From Anaeromyxobacteraceae bacterium (lineage in GTDB: Bacteria; Myxococcota; Myxococcia; Myxococcales; Anaeromyxobacteraceae): a stretch of DNA of 64,000 nucleotides. The translations under genes and the position numbers were made by a program. The notes under the pieces are model-generated. The model worked only from the letters and a program-made list of their open reading frames with translations, ran no database searches and was not told the DNA's origin. The stretch is from positions 736,001-800,000 of the forward strand of contig JASGHJ010000002.1 in assembly GCA_047602405.1 (NCBI GenBank), given 5' to 3'. Shown here one piece after another: positions 53,050 to 62,297 of this stretch. Position 1 is the stretch's first letter, and each line of letters starts with the position of its first letter.

Positions 53050-53195
53050 TCGTTCTCGCTTTCGTGGATGCGCACTGCATGGGACCCGCCCGGAGGTGGA
53101 CTCCCGCTGACGGTCCGGTTCTATAGCCGATTCCGGGACATTACGCACCCCCGGGACACCAGGTCGGGGGGGGTGGGTACCGCCGCTCCAGCAAT

Positions 53196-53792
53196 CTAGT
53201 CCGGGTAGTGCCGGGCGGCGCACTCCGGGCAGAGGCCATGGGACAGCTCGGTGCCCGACCGCTCGGTGAGGTAGGTCTCGAGCCGGTGCCAGTGGCCACC
53301 CTCGTCCCGGATGTTCTTGCAGAACACGCAGATGGGGAGGATCCCCTCCAGCTTCCGCACGTGGCCGAGGGTCTCGGCCAGCTGGGCGTTGAGCCGGGTG
53401 AGCTCCCTCAGATCGCGGCGGCGTGCCACGGCGAGCTCGATGGCCCGCTTCAGGCTCCCCGGCTCGGCGGGCTTCACGAGGTAGGCCCCCACCCCGGAGT
53501 CCCGGGCCCGCGCCACGAAGTCGCCCGACTCGTACGCGGACATGATGACCACGGCGGTCGCGTGCCGCTCGAGGATCCGCGCCGCGGCGGTGAGCCCGTC
53601 CATCGTGGGCATCTGGATGTCCAGGATCGCGACGTCGGGCCGGTGCTCCTCGACGAGCTCCAGGGCCCGCGCGCCGTCGGCGGCCATCCCGAGCACCCGG
53701 CAGCCGGCCTCGCGGGCGGCCTCCGCCACGTCCTCCGCGAGGAGGAACTCGTCCTCGGCGATCACGGCGGTCAGGGGTTCACGCTCCATCAT
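53196..53792 (-). CDS. Response regulator with C-terminal CxxC...HxxCxxC domain
   Basis: IAEDE, ILDIQMP.MDG, YLVKP; tail [13 protein letters not shown]...SHGLCPEC. Confidence 0.88.
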   Translation of the reverse strand: MMEREPLTAVIAEDEFLLAEDVAEAAREAGCRVLGMAADGARALELVEEHRPDVAILDIQMPTMDGLTAAARILERHATAVVIMSAYESGDFVARARDSGVGAYLVKPAEPGSLKRAIELAVARRRDLRELTRLNAQLAETLGHVRKLEGILPICVFCKNIRDEGGHWHRLETYLTERSGTELSHGLCPECAARHYPD

Positions 53793-56103
53793 GGAGTCGC
53801 TCCTCGGGGCGGCTCGAGGCGTACGTCACGTCGGCGACCGCCCCGCCGGCGTTCCTGAAGGTGACCTCGCCCCGCAGGCTCATGCCCACGGTGCCGCGGA
53901 TGAGCCGGATGCCGGTGCTCCGCTCGGAGAGCTCGCCCCGGAGCACGGGCTCGGGGTAACCCGGCCCGCCGTCACGGTAGACGAGCTGCACCCGCCCGTC
54001 ACGTTCCGTGATCTCGAGCTCCACGGCGATGGGGCCCGGCCCGGCGTGCTTCTCGGTGTTGGTGGCGAGCTCGTTGAGCACGAGCGCGAGCGAGTGCGCC
54101 TGCGCCGCGGCGATGAGCACCTCGGCCGGGGTGCACCGGATGGTGACCTGCGCCTGCCCCAGCGCGCCCGTGACGATCCGGTCGCAGAGCTCCCGCAGCC
54201 GGAGCGGGCGCCACTCCGTCGAGGAGAGCATCGAGTGGACCCGGCCGAGCGCGTCGACCCGCCGCTCGATGTCGTCGAGCAGCCCCTTGCCCGGCGCGTC
54301 GCGGTTGCTCCGCCGCTCCATCCGGAGCATCGAGACGATCAGCGCGAGGTTGTTCTTCACCCGGTGGTTCACCTCGCCGAGGAGCACCCGCTGCGACTGC
54401 GCGTAGGCGTCGATCTTCGCGGTGCGCTCGGCGACGATCCGCTCGAGCCCCTCGCCATGGGCCTTGAGCGAGTGGACCTTCCCGCGCAGGGCGGCCTCGG
54501 TGACCCGGAAGTTCTCGGTGAGGGACGCCACCTCGGCGGTGGCGGGGGACGGCCACGCGACGGTGGCGTCGGACTCGATGCGCTCGGGGAGGCCGGCGGA
54601 GATGGCCGCGAGCGCGCCGAGCGGGCGGGACAGCTGCTCCCCGAGCCACAGCGCGAGCCCGCTCGCGACGAGCATGAGGGCGAGGATCCCGGCCAGGTTG
54701 ACGATCGTGCGGTCGTAGACGCCCTGCTGCAGCGGCGCGAGCGGCGCCTCGACGACGAGGGTCCAGCCGGTGGACTCGAGCGGGTGGCGGGTGAAGAACA
54801 CCGCGTCCCGCCAGTCGCGCATCACCGAGACGTTGCGCTGTCCGGCCGGCCGGTGCAGGTGGACGCCGGGGACGGGGTCGTCCTCGTCCGGGATCGCCGC
54901 GAGGGCGAACGCCTCGAGGGGCCGGCGCGCGCGGTCCGTGGAGGTGACGATCGCGCCCTGGCGGTCGACGAGGGTGAGGGTGAGGCCGCCGGCGGCGGCG
55001 ATCTCCTGGAGCAGCTTTTCCAGGTTCGCGAGGTTGATCGAGCCGAGGCCCAGGCCCACGAGCTGCCCGTCCTCCTCGCTCTCGCCGCCCTCGAGCACCG
55101 GCGCGACGATGACGGCGATGGGCTGGAACACGCCGCCCCGGCCCGGGAACACGTCGGAGACGATGGCCCTCCGCTCCACCTGCAGCCGCCGGAACCAGGC
55201 GCGGTCGGAGTAGTCGAGGCCGAGCGTCGAGTCGCCCCGCGCGTTGACCGGCGGATCGAAGGCCACGGTGACGGCGCGCCGGTCGGCGACGAGGAGGTTG
55301 TGGAACTCCGGGAAGAGCCGGTGCAGTGCCTCGAGCTGCTGCTGCAGGCGGGGGTCGCGGCGGAGCCCGGCCTCTGCGCCCTTCTTGGCCACCTCCATGA
55401 CCGCGCGGCGGTGGTGGTCGAGCCAGCCGGTGATGAGCCAGTCGCCCTCGGCGCCCGCCCGCTGCACCCGGAGCGCGAGGGTGGTCTGGGAGCCCTCGAT
55501 CTCCCGCCGGTTCACGTACGTGAGCGCGCCCACGCCCACGACGAGCACGAGGAACGCGGCGTACTCGAAGAAGAGCCGGGAGGTGCGCGGCGGGGGCCGG
55601 TCGCCCCGCCCGGCCCAGCGCTCGAGGGGGACGAGGTTGAGCACCACGCTCGCGAGGACCGCGTTGCTCACGCCGTTGAGCGCCTGCTTGAGCGCGATGA
55701 TGGCCGTCGAGCGCAGCCCGAGGTTCATCGCGCCGAAGTAGAACGCGAAGACGAGCGGGGCGCCGAGGAGGAGCCAGTACGCGAGGTCGAGGAGCGCGAC
55801 CGGCGTCCGCGGCCGGTACCGCCGGCTCACCGCGACGAAGGCGGCCTCGCACCCGAAGATCACGATCGCGTACGGGTGCCGCCAGAGCGCGAACGTGTAC
55901 GCAGCGGCGATCGTCGAGGCGGCCACGCCGGGGACCGGCCCCAGCGCCGCCACCGCGCAGAGCCCCGCGATGCTGCCGAAGATGAAGTCGACGTTGAAGC
56001 CGACCGAGAGGGGCAGGGCGTTGCCGGCGAGCCCCGCCAGCGCGAACAGGACGAGGCCGGCGACGCGGCGGGGAGGCGAGAGGGGTGGCGCGGGGGCGGC
56101 CAT
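53779..56103 (-). CDS. Multi-TM Cache-domain sensor histidine kinase (HisKA_2/HWE type)
   Basis: N-terminal TM bundle, LDYSDRAWF Cache motif, EVNHRVKNNL, NELATNTEKHA, DGGPG. Confidence 0.88.
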   Translation of the reverse strand: MAAPAPPLSPPRRVAGLVLFALAGLAGNALPLSVGFNVDFIFGSIAGLCAVAALGPVPGVAASTIAAAYTFALWRHPYAIVIFGCEAAFVAVSRRYRPRTPVALLDLAYWLLLGAPLVFAFYFGAMNLGLRSTAIIALKQALNGVSNAVLASVVLNLVPLERWAGRGDRPPPRTSRLFFEYAAFLVLVVGVGALTYVNRREIEGSQTTLALRVQRAGAEGDWLITGWLDHHRRAVMEVAKKGAEAGLRRDPRLQQQLEALHRLFPEFHNLLVADRRAVTVAFDPPVNARGDSTLGLDYSDRAWFRRLQVERRAIVSDVFPGRGGVFQPIAVIVAPVLEGGESEEDGQLVGLGLGSINLANLEKLLQEIAAAGGLTLTLVDRQGAIVTSTDRARRPLEAFALAAIPDEDDPVPGVHLHRPAGQRNVSVMRDWRDAVFFTRHPLESTGWTLVVEAPLAPLQQGVYDRTIVNLAGILALMLVASGLALWLGEQLSRPLGALAAISAGLPERIESDATVAWPSPATAEVASLTENFRVTEAALRGKVHSLKAHGEGLERIVAERTAKIDAYAQSQRVLLGEVNHRVKNNLALIVSMLRMERRSNRDAPGKGLLDDIERRVDALGRVHSMLSSTEWRPLRLRELCDRIVTGALGQAQVTIRCTPAEVLIAAAQAHSLALVLNELATNTEKHAGPGPIAVELEITERDGRVQLVYRDGGPGYPEPVLRGELSERSTGIRLIRGTVGMSLRGEVTFRNAGGAVADVTYASSRPEERLHDGA

Positions 56104-56216
56104 GAGGTGCCGCGCGGAATATAGCGTCCCGGGGGGGCGGACCCGAGGTGCCGGCGCCGGAAGGACGGAATCGCCCGTCGAGACGGCGCGAAATCGTCAT
56201 CGACGGTCCGTCAACC

Positions 56217-56230
56217 GTGATCGAGATCAA
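56217..56230. promoter_or_regulatory. Possible FNR/Crp-family site upstream of the histidine kinase
   Basis: GTGAT-CGAG-ATCAA, one mismatch to TTGAT-N4-ATCAA. Confidence 0.35.
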
Positions 56231-56260
56231 GCCGCGAGGCGCCCGGGCGCGCCGGGGCGG

Positions 56261-57733
56261 TCACCGCGCGAGCGCGTGGAGGTACTCGACGAACGCCATC
56301 ACCGCGTCGTCGTAGCCCTTCACCTTCGGGTTCGCGCTCTCGATGACGAGGTACTCGTTCGGCGCGTGGAGGTCCCCGCCGTGCCCGACGCCGAAGTGGC
56401 TCGCGGCGAGCGAGAGCGGCGGGTTCGTGAAGGCGTGGCCGGGGTAGGACCCGGCGTTCCGCGGCCAGAGCGTCGGGTCGAGGCCGAGGCGGCGGTACAC
56501 CGCGAGCTCCTTCTGGATGAGCGCCGCCGAGGCGGGGGTCTCGGTGGGATCGTAGCCGCCCGTGGCCTTGACCTCGATGTCGCCGAAGCCGCGGCGCGCG
56601 AGGTGCGCGCGGAGCGCCGCGACCGCGCCGTCGAAGGTCATGTCCGGCACGAGCCGCAGGTCGAGCTTCGCCACCGCCCGGTGGGGGAGCACCGTCATGC
56701 CGCCCGGTCCCGTCCAGCCCGCCACGAGCCCCTCGATGTTGACGGTGGGCCGGCTCACCAGCGCCGCGAGCGCGTCGCGGAAGCTCGCGTCGTGCGCCCA
56801 CACCTTCGCGCCGGTGAGCTTCTTCGCGCTCTCCTCGCTCATCCGCGCGGCCGCCTCGTCGACGAGGCGGGCCTGCTCGGGCGACAGTGGCCGCGCGCGA
56901 TCGGCGAAGCCGTCGATGGCGGGATCGCCGCCCGCGTCGACGAGCGTGGCGAGCGCCTGCACGAGGTGGAACGCCGGGCTGTCGAGGCGCGCCCGGTTCG
57001 CCGAGTGGACGTCCTTCGACGGCCCGCGGCCCCAGGCCTCGCCGCTCGCGACGAGCTCGAGCTCCACGACGCCCTTCGCGCCGAGCGACACCGTGATCAC
57101 GCCCTCCGGGGTCTGCCCCGCGCTCGGCATGAACACGCCGGCGCACCCGGCGAAGGCCGCCTGGACCTCCGGCCGGCGCATCACCGGCCCGAGGTGGGGC
57201 GACCCGATCTCCTCCTCGCCCTCGGCCACGAGGACGAGGTTCACCGGCGACCTGCGCCCCGCGGCCCGCAGCGCGTGCAGCGCCGCGAGGAAGGCCGACT
57301 GCGGGCCCTTCTGGTTGAGCGCGCCGCGGCCCACGAGCACCTTGCCGAGCCCGGGCCGGTCCACGAGCCGGCCCTCGAGCGGCGGCGAGCTCCACTCCTT
57401 CGGATCGAACTGCTTCACGTCGTACATGAAGTAGAGGCCGACGGTGCGCTTCGCGCCGGCGTCGAGCCGCGCGAAGACCGCCGGGCTGCCGCCGGTCTCG
57501 ATCCGCTCGACGCGCTGGAAGCCCGCGTCGCGCAGGAGCGCCGCCATCTTCTCGGCGCCCTGGGGCACGTTCAGGCCCTCGGCGGCGATGGTCGGGAGCG
57601 CGATCCAGTCGCGGAGGCGGGCGAGGTTCTCGTCGTGGCGCGCGGTGACCTGCGCGGCGACGGGGGCGAGGTCCGCGGCGTCCCGGGGCGCGGGCCCGGC
57701 GGCGAGCGCGAGGGCGAGGAGGGCGAGGGTCAT
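56261..57733 (-). CDS. M20/M25/M40-family metallopeptidase, secreted
   Basis: YFMYDV, GRGALNQKG, EGEEEIGS, HAPNE. Confidence 0.85.
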   Translation of the reverse strand: MTLALLALALAAGPAPRDAADLAPVAAQVTARHDENLARLRDWIALPTIAAEGLNVPQGAEKMAALLRDAGFQRVERIETGGSPAVFARLDAGAKRTVGLYFMYDVKQFDPKEWSSPPLEGRLVDRPGLGKVLVGRGALNQKGPQSAFLAALHALRAAGRRSPVNLVLVAEGEEEIGSPHLGPVMRRPEVQAAFAGCAGVFMPSAGQTPEGVITVSLGAKGVVELELVASGEAWGRGPSKDVHSANRARLDSPAFHLVQALATLVDAGGDPAIDGFADRARPLSPEQARLVDEAAARMSEESAKKLTGAKVWAHDASFRDALAALVSRPTVNIEGLVAGWTGPGGMTVLPHRAVAKLDLRLVPDMTFDGAVAALRAHLARRGFGDIEVKATGGYDPTETPASAALIQKELAVYRRLGLDPTLWPRNAGSYPGHAFTNPPLSLAASHFGVGHGGDLHAPNEYLVIESANPKVKGYDDAVMAFVEYLHALAR

Positions 57734-57742
57734 CGCCGGGGT

Positions 57743-59425
57743 CTAACGCCGCGCGCCGAGCGCGTCCAGCTCGGACCGGTCCCCGAGCAGCTCGAACCGC
57801 TGGAGCGAGAAGGGCACGTTGCCGTTCTTCCAGACGTGGTCGTGCACGTCGCGGAGCCGGAACGCGGCGCCGCGCGCCCGGGCCACGTCGGCGACGAGCT
57901 GCTGGAGCTGGAGCTTCCCCACGAGGTAGCCGATCGCGAACCCCGGGTTGGCGGCGAACGCCGCCGCCTCGGTGCGCCCGGTCGCCGCGTCCACCCCGGC
58001 CGCGCTCTGCAGGTACGCCGCGGCGCGGTCGATGGTGAACGCGCCGAGCGCGAGCTGCACGTCGACCTCGACGCGGAGCGCGCGGAGCTGCAGGTACCGG
58101 TAGACCATCTCGCGCGAGCGCGGGCTGTCGTCGAAGAGCCCCGCCTGCAGCAACATCTCCTCGGCGTAGGTGCCGAGCCCCTCGTTCACGCCGGAGTCGT
58201 ACCAGTGGCGGCGGACCTCGTCGGGGTGGCGGTAGCCGAGCGCGAGCTGGAACGCGTGGCCCGGCGTGCCCTCGTGGACGGTGTCGACGCGCGGGTCCTG
58301 CGCCATCGAGAGCGGGAAGAAGCCGAGCTTCGGCGAGGGCGGCGGGATGTACCGGGTCGACTCGGCGCCCATGCGGGAGAGGCCGGCGAAGTCGGTCTCC
58401 TCGGCGAACCCGCGCAGGGCCGAGAGCCAGGGCGGGAGCGGCAGGTACCGGTACGCCGGGACGTCGGCGGGGACCGAGAGGAGCTCCCGCTCGACGAGGT
58501 AGGCGCGGATGGCGCGCTCCCCGCGGGCGCAGAGCGCGATCTGCGCGGCCTGGTCGGCGGCGATGGGGAGCTCGGGCAATCCCTGGTTGCGCCGGGCCTC
58601 GAGCGCCTGGAAGGCGATGGAGCGCGCGAGCTCCTGGCGGCCCATCGCGAGGAGCTCCTCCGGCGAGTACGGCATGAGCGCCACCTCTCGCAGGAAGCGC
58701 ACGTAGGCCTCGCGGCCGACGGCGACGTCCTCCGGGAGCTCCGGGAGCCGCCCGGCGAGCCAGGCGCGGAAGCCGTCGAGGGCCGCCGCCGCGGCCGCGG
58801 TGTCCTTCGCGAGGGTCGGGGCGGCGCCCTTCGGCAGCCCGGCGGCGGCCGCGGTCATCGCGGCGCCGAGGCCCTTCCCGAGCCCGTCGAGGTCGCCGAG
58901 GGCGAGCCGCGCGAACGGCGCCCGGGCCTCGTCGAGGTTCGCGCGCGCGGCGGCGAGCGTCGCGGGGATGGAGCGCATCCGCGCGACGAGGTCGGCGCCG
59001 CGGGCCGCGTCGAGCGGGGGCGGGGGGATGAGCGCGTCCATCACGGCCGCGACGGTCTGGTCGACGTAGAAGGTCGGGTCGCGGCGCCACGAGCGGACGC
59101 CGTCGAGCTCCCAGCGCACGCGCGCGAGGCCCGAGCCGAGCAGGCGGTGATCCACGAGGTCGCCGGGCGCGGTGGCGCCGGCCGCGAGCGCGCGCCAGCG
59201 GGCCTCGAGCTCCGCGAGCCGCGCGCGGCGCGCCTCGACCGCCCGCGCGGACCAGTCGGGAGCCCAGCCGCGCGGGCGCTCGACCCGGGTCACGTCGTCG
59301 CGGGTGATGGGCTGCGTCGTGGCCCGCCAGGCCCAGAAGTCCCGGGAGAGCGTCGAGAGATCGTCGGCGAGGGCCATGGACGGGAGGAGCGCGGCCGCGA
59401 GGGCGAGGGTGAGGGGGAGGTTCAC
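57743..59425 (-). CDS. DUF885-family protein
   Basis: VHEGTPGHAFQ, NEGLGTYAE, LRALRVEVDV.L, PG.AIGYLVG; signal peptide. Confidence 0.85.
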   Translation of the reverse strand: MNLPLTLALAAALLPSMALADDLSTLSRDFWAWRATTQPITRDDVTRVERPRGWAPDWSARAVEARRARLAELEARWRALAAGATAPGDLVDHRLLGSGLARVRWELDGVRSWRRDPTFYVDQTVAAVMDALIPPPPLDAARGADLVARMRSIPATLAAARANLDEARAPFARLALGDLDGLGKGLGAAMTAAAAGLPKGAAPTLAKDTAAAAAALDGFRAWLAGRLPELPEDVAVGREAYVRFLREVALMPYSPEELLAMGRQELARSIAFQALEARRNQGLPELPIAADQAAQIALCARGERAIRAYLVERELLSVPADVPAYRYLPLPPWLSALRGFAEETDFAGLSRMGAESTRYIPPPSPKLGFFPLSMAQDPRVDTVHEGTPGHAFQLALGYRHPDEVRRHWYDSGVNEGLGTYAEEMLLQAGLFDDSPRSREMVYRYLQLRALRVEVDVQLALGAFTIDRAAAYLQSAAGVDAATGRTEAAAFAANPGFAIGYLVGKLQLQQLVADVARARGAAFRLRDVHDHVWKNGNVPFSLQRFELLGDRSELDALGARR

Positions 59426-59445
59426 GCGCGGGAGGCTAGCACCCT

Positions 59446-60813
59446 TCAGGCGAACCGGAAGAGGAGGGGGAACCCCACCACCACGAACAGGGCCCACGCC
59501 GCGAAGGCCGGCAGGTACCCGGTCTGCCACGCCTCCACCTCGCGGAACGTCCCGCGCCCCGGCAGGAACGCGCCGTAGCGCCAGGCCGCGCCGCCGAGGT
59601 TGACGAGGAGGAGCAGGTTCTCGCCGAGGGCGGCCACCCGGTTGGGCGTGAGGCCGAACCCGGAGATGCGCGCGACGATCGCCGCGAGCGCGAGGGCGTC
59701 GACGAGGAGCGCGCTCCCGACGAGGACGACGAGCAACAGGTCGAACCCGCCCGGGGGCGCGTCGGGGTCCCGCGCCGAGACGGCGTAGAGGAGGAGCCCC
59801 AGCACGAGCGCGAGGAGGAGGTCGAAGGCGATGAGGACGTCGCGCGCCACGTCGATGCCGCGGCCGGTGACGGCCATGGTCGCGACGAAGGTGAGCAGCA
59901 CCGCGGTGAAGAGCGGGGTGAAGATGCGCGCGAGCACCGGCGCCATGTTCTCGATGACGCCCTGCTTCGCCTCGACGAGCCAGGTCGCGACGAGCACCGC
60001 CCCGGCGGCGCCGCAGGGCAGGAGCCACCCCTGCACGAACCACTCGGCGTTCACGCCGATGCTCACGAAGATCGCCATCGTGAACCCGGTGAGCACCCCG
60101 CCGCCGAGGGCGATGAGCACGAAGTAGATGAAGAGCTCGCCGGAGAACCGGACGAAATCCATCCGCGGCCCGACCTCCACCCAGCGGCCGCCCGCGTAGG
60201 CCACCCCGACCGCGAGCCAGAGCGCGATGGGCAGGTGGAGGATGGCGAGGCGGAGCGTGTCGCCGTGGCCCTGGAACGGGTAGAGGTTCACGACGGCCGC
60301 CGCCGCGAGGAAGCCCGCGGCGAGGACGGAGGCGAGCCTGGCGTGGAGGGCCCGCTTCCACGCGAAGTACCCGGCGACGAGCGGGAAGACCATGAGGCTC
60401 GCGTTCCGGAGGTAGAGCTCGGGGTGCTCCAGGAGGCCGTACCCGAGCGCGGCCGGGAGCTTCACGAGCGCCCCGGCGGCGACGCCGAGCGCGATGGCCA
60501 CCCACAGCTCGCTCCGGCGCGCCGCGGAGGCCTCGTCCTGGCCGGCCGGCGTGACGAGCTGGCGCCAGAGCCGCTCGGAGTGCTCGCGGGCGAACTCCTG
60601 GGAGAGGGCGTCCATCGCGCCCGTCCGCTTCACCGCCACGAGGAAGGCCTCGTCCGGCGCGAGCCCGGCGGCGCCGAGCGCGTCGAGCTGGCCGCGGAGG
60701 TGGTCCTCGAGCTCCGCGACGTCGACGTCGCGGATGGCGCTGCGGCGGCGGAGGTACGCGCGCCACTCGGCGATCTGGGCCTCGACGGGCGCCGTGAGCG
60801 GGGTCGGGGTCAT
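59446..60813 (-). CDS. PadR-associated multi-TM membrane protein (permease prefix domain 1)
   Basis: ELEDHL...EAFLVAVKR.G N-terminal motif, about 10 TMs, GLTPNRVA. Confidence 0.8.
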   Translation of the reverse strand: MTPTPLTAPVEAQIAEWRAYLRRRSAIRDVDVAELEDHLRGQLDALGAAGLAPDEAFLVAVKRTGAMDALSQEFAREHSERLWRQLVTPAGQDEASAARRSELWVAIALGVAAGALVKLPAALGYGLLEHPELYLRNASLMVFPLVAGYFAWKRALHARLASVLAAGFLAAAAVVNLYPFQGHGDTLRLAILHLPIALWLAVGVAYAGGRWVEVGPRMDFVRFSGELFIYFVLIALGGGVLTGFTMAIFVSIGVNAEWFVQGWLLPCGAAGAVLVATWLVEAKQGVIENMAPVLARIFTPLFTAVLLTFVATMAVTGRGIDVARDVLIAFDLLLALVLGLLLYAVSARDPDAPPGGFDLLLVVLVGSALLVDALALAAIVARISGFGLTPNRVAALGENLLLLVNLGGAAWRYGAFLPGRGTFREVEAWQTGYLPAFAAWALFVVVGFPLLFRFA

Positions 60814-61157
60814 GCGAGGCTCCCGGCGAGCTCGCGGCGCCAGAGGTTGCGGAGCGCCCCGTCCACGGCGTGCCACTGGCGGCGCTGCTCGGCGAGGTGG
60901 GCCCGGCCCCCCTTCGTGATCCGGTAGTACTTCCGCTTGCGGCCGCTGTCGGCCTCGCCCCAGCGGCCCTCGATGAAGCCCTGCCGCTCGAGCCGGTGGA
61001 GCAGCGGGTAGAGCATCCCCTCGGTCCACTGCAGCGTGCCGTCCGAGAGCTCGCCCACCCGCTTCACGATCGCGTAGCCGTAGGACTCCCCGTCGGCCAG
61101 GATCGAGAGGATGAGCGGCGTCGAGGATGCGGCGATCAGGTCCTTGCCGATGTCCAT
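60810..61157 (-). CDS. PadR-family transcriptional regulator
   Basis: ESYGYAI, EGMLYPLLHRLE, RKRKYYRIT. Confidence 0.93.
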   Translation of the reverse strand: MDIGKDLIAASSTPLILSILADGESYGYAIVKRVGELSDGTLQWTEGMLYPLLHRLERQGFIEGRWGEADSGRKRKYYRITKGGRAHLAEQRRQWHAVDGALRNLWRRELAGSLA

Positions 61158-61182
61158 CGGGTCTCCAGGGCGGCGCGGCCGC

Positions 61183-61238
61183 ATGCCTCGCGGCTCGATG
61201 CCTAGTGGCACGATGCCTCGCAGCGCGAGGTATGTCAA
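61183..61238 (-). promoter_or_regulatory. Sigma70-type promoter with overlapping repeats (probable PadR operator)
   Basis: Minus strand TTGACA-17 nt-CATCGT; ATGCCT(C/A)G at 61183, 61198, 61213; palindrome ATGCCTCG-N5-CGAGGTAT. Confidence 0.65.
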
Positions 61239-61253
61239 GCGCGGGCGGGATCC

Positions 61254-61475
61254 GCAGGCCGTTGAAGAAGGCCGATTCAGGTCCGATCGCCCCGAGCGTA
61301 GCCGCCGCGAAGCGGCGGCGGAGACGAGGGGCCGGCCGAGGCCGTGCCGGTCAGGCCGGCATGAGCCTCGAGAGGCGCAGCAGGTTGTACGCGGCGGCCA
61401 CGAAGAAGCAGATCACGGCGAGCGCGCCGTGTCGATGGGACGCCCTCGTCCTGGCCGACTTCTTCAACAGCCTGC
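61254..61475 (-). mobile_element. Internally deleted IS (MITE-like, 222 bp; IS5/IS1182-type ends)
   Basis: 17-bp inverted repeats GCAGGC(C/T)GTTGAAGAAG; retains a transposase-like C-terminus FFVAAAYNLLRLSRLMPA* (stop 61351-61353). Confidence 0.75.
61283..61332 (+). repeat. REP-like element (long form) inside the mini-IS
   Basis: CCGATCGCCCCGAGCGTA-GCCGCCGC-GAA-GCGGCGGC-GGAGACGAGGGGC. Confidence 0.65.
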
Positions 61476-61488
61476 TGAGGCCTCGACC

Positions 61489-62286
61489 CTAAGAGCTGTC
61501 CCACAAGTTCCGCTTGAGATTGTGAAGGACGGCGACGGCTGCCACGGTGGCCGCGAGGTGGCGGCCGCGTCGGCGGTGGTCGCGCAGGACGCGCCAGTCT
61601 TTGAGGCGAGCGAGGACGTGTTCGACGCGAGCCCGGCGGCGACGATGGCGGCGCCAGGCGCGATCCCGAACGATCCTGTTGCTCCTGTAGACAGGGATGC
61701 GAAGGCCGGTGACGCCTCGGTATCCACCGTCGGCGAGCACACGGCGGTGGTCGAGGCAAAGCGATTCGATTTCGGAGCCGCGGAAATGAAACGGGTCGTT
61801 TCGGTTGCCCGGCCCGCCGGCAGACGTGGCCACGACGCGACGGTCTCGCCAGCGCACGAGCACCTGGGCGTTGCAGGACCAGCGGTAGTTCTTGGATTTC
61901 GCAGCGCGGCCGTGATCACGAGTGGGGATGAGGGTCCCATCGACGATCCAGGTCTCGCGGCGATCTCTCCGGACGGGAGGGCGAGCGAGGCCAGCGAGCC
62001 TCGGCGTGAAGGCTGCGACGATGCGATGGACGGTCGACTTCGAGAGGCCGACGACGGCGGCGAGCTCGCGCAGGGTGAGGTTGGTGCGCAGCGCTATGCA
62101 GGCGACGAGGAGGCGGTGCAGCGGCGAGCTCGAGCAGGGACGCCCCCGGCTCCTGGACGCGGGGAGCACGCGCCGGAGGCGAGCGAGGTCGCGCCATGAG
62201 AGGGACGCGACGGTGAGCAGTCGGTGGGTCGGGATGAGGGACACGGACACGCTCCTGGAAGCGCGAACGTTGCTCACTTCGTCCAT
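61489..62286 (-). CDS. IS5-family transposase (HTH + DDE)
   Basis: LRTNLTLRELA...SKSTVHR; WIVDGTLIP, GNRND, LADGGY, RARVEHVLARLK. Confidence 0.88.
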   Translation of the reverse strand: MDEVSNVRASRSVSVSLIPTHRLLTVASLSWRDLARLRRVLPASRSRGRPCSSSPLHRLLVACIALRTNLTLRELAAVVGLSKSTVHRIVAAFTPRLAGLARPPVRRDRRETWIVDGTLIPTRDHGRAAKSKNYRWSCNAQVLVRWRDRRVVATSAGGPGNRNDPFHFRGSEIESLCLDHRRVLADGGYRGVTGLRIPVYRSNRIVRDRAWRRHRRRRARVEHVLARLKDWRVLRDHRRRGRHLAATVAAVAVLHNLKRNLWDSS

Positions 62287-62297
62287 GGGCGCCTGCT

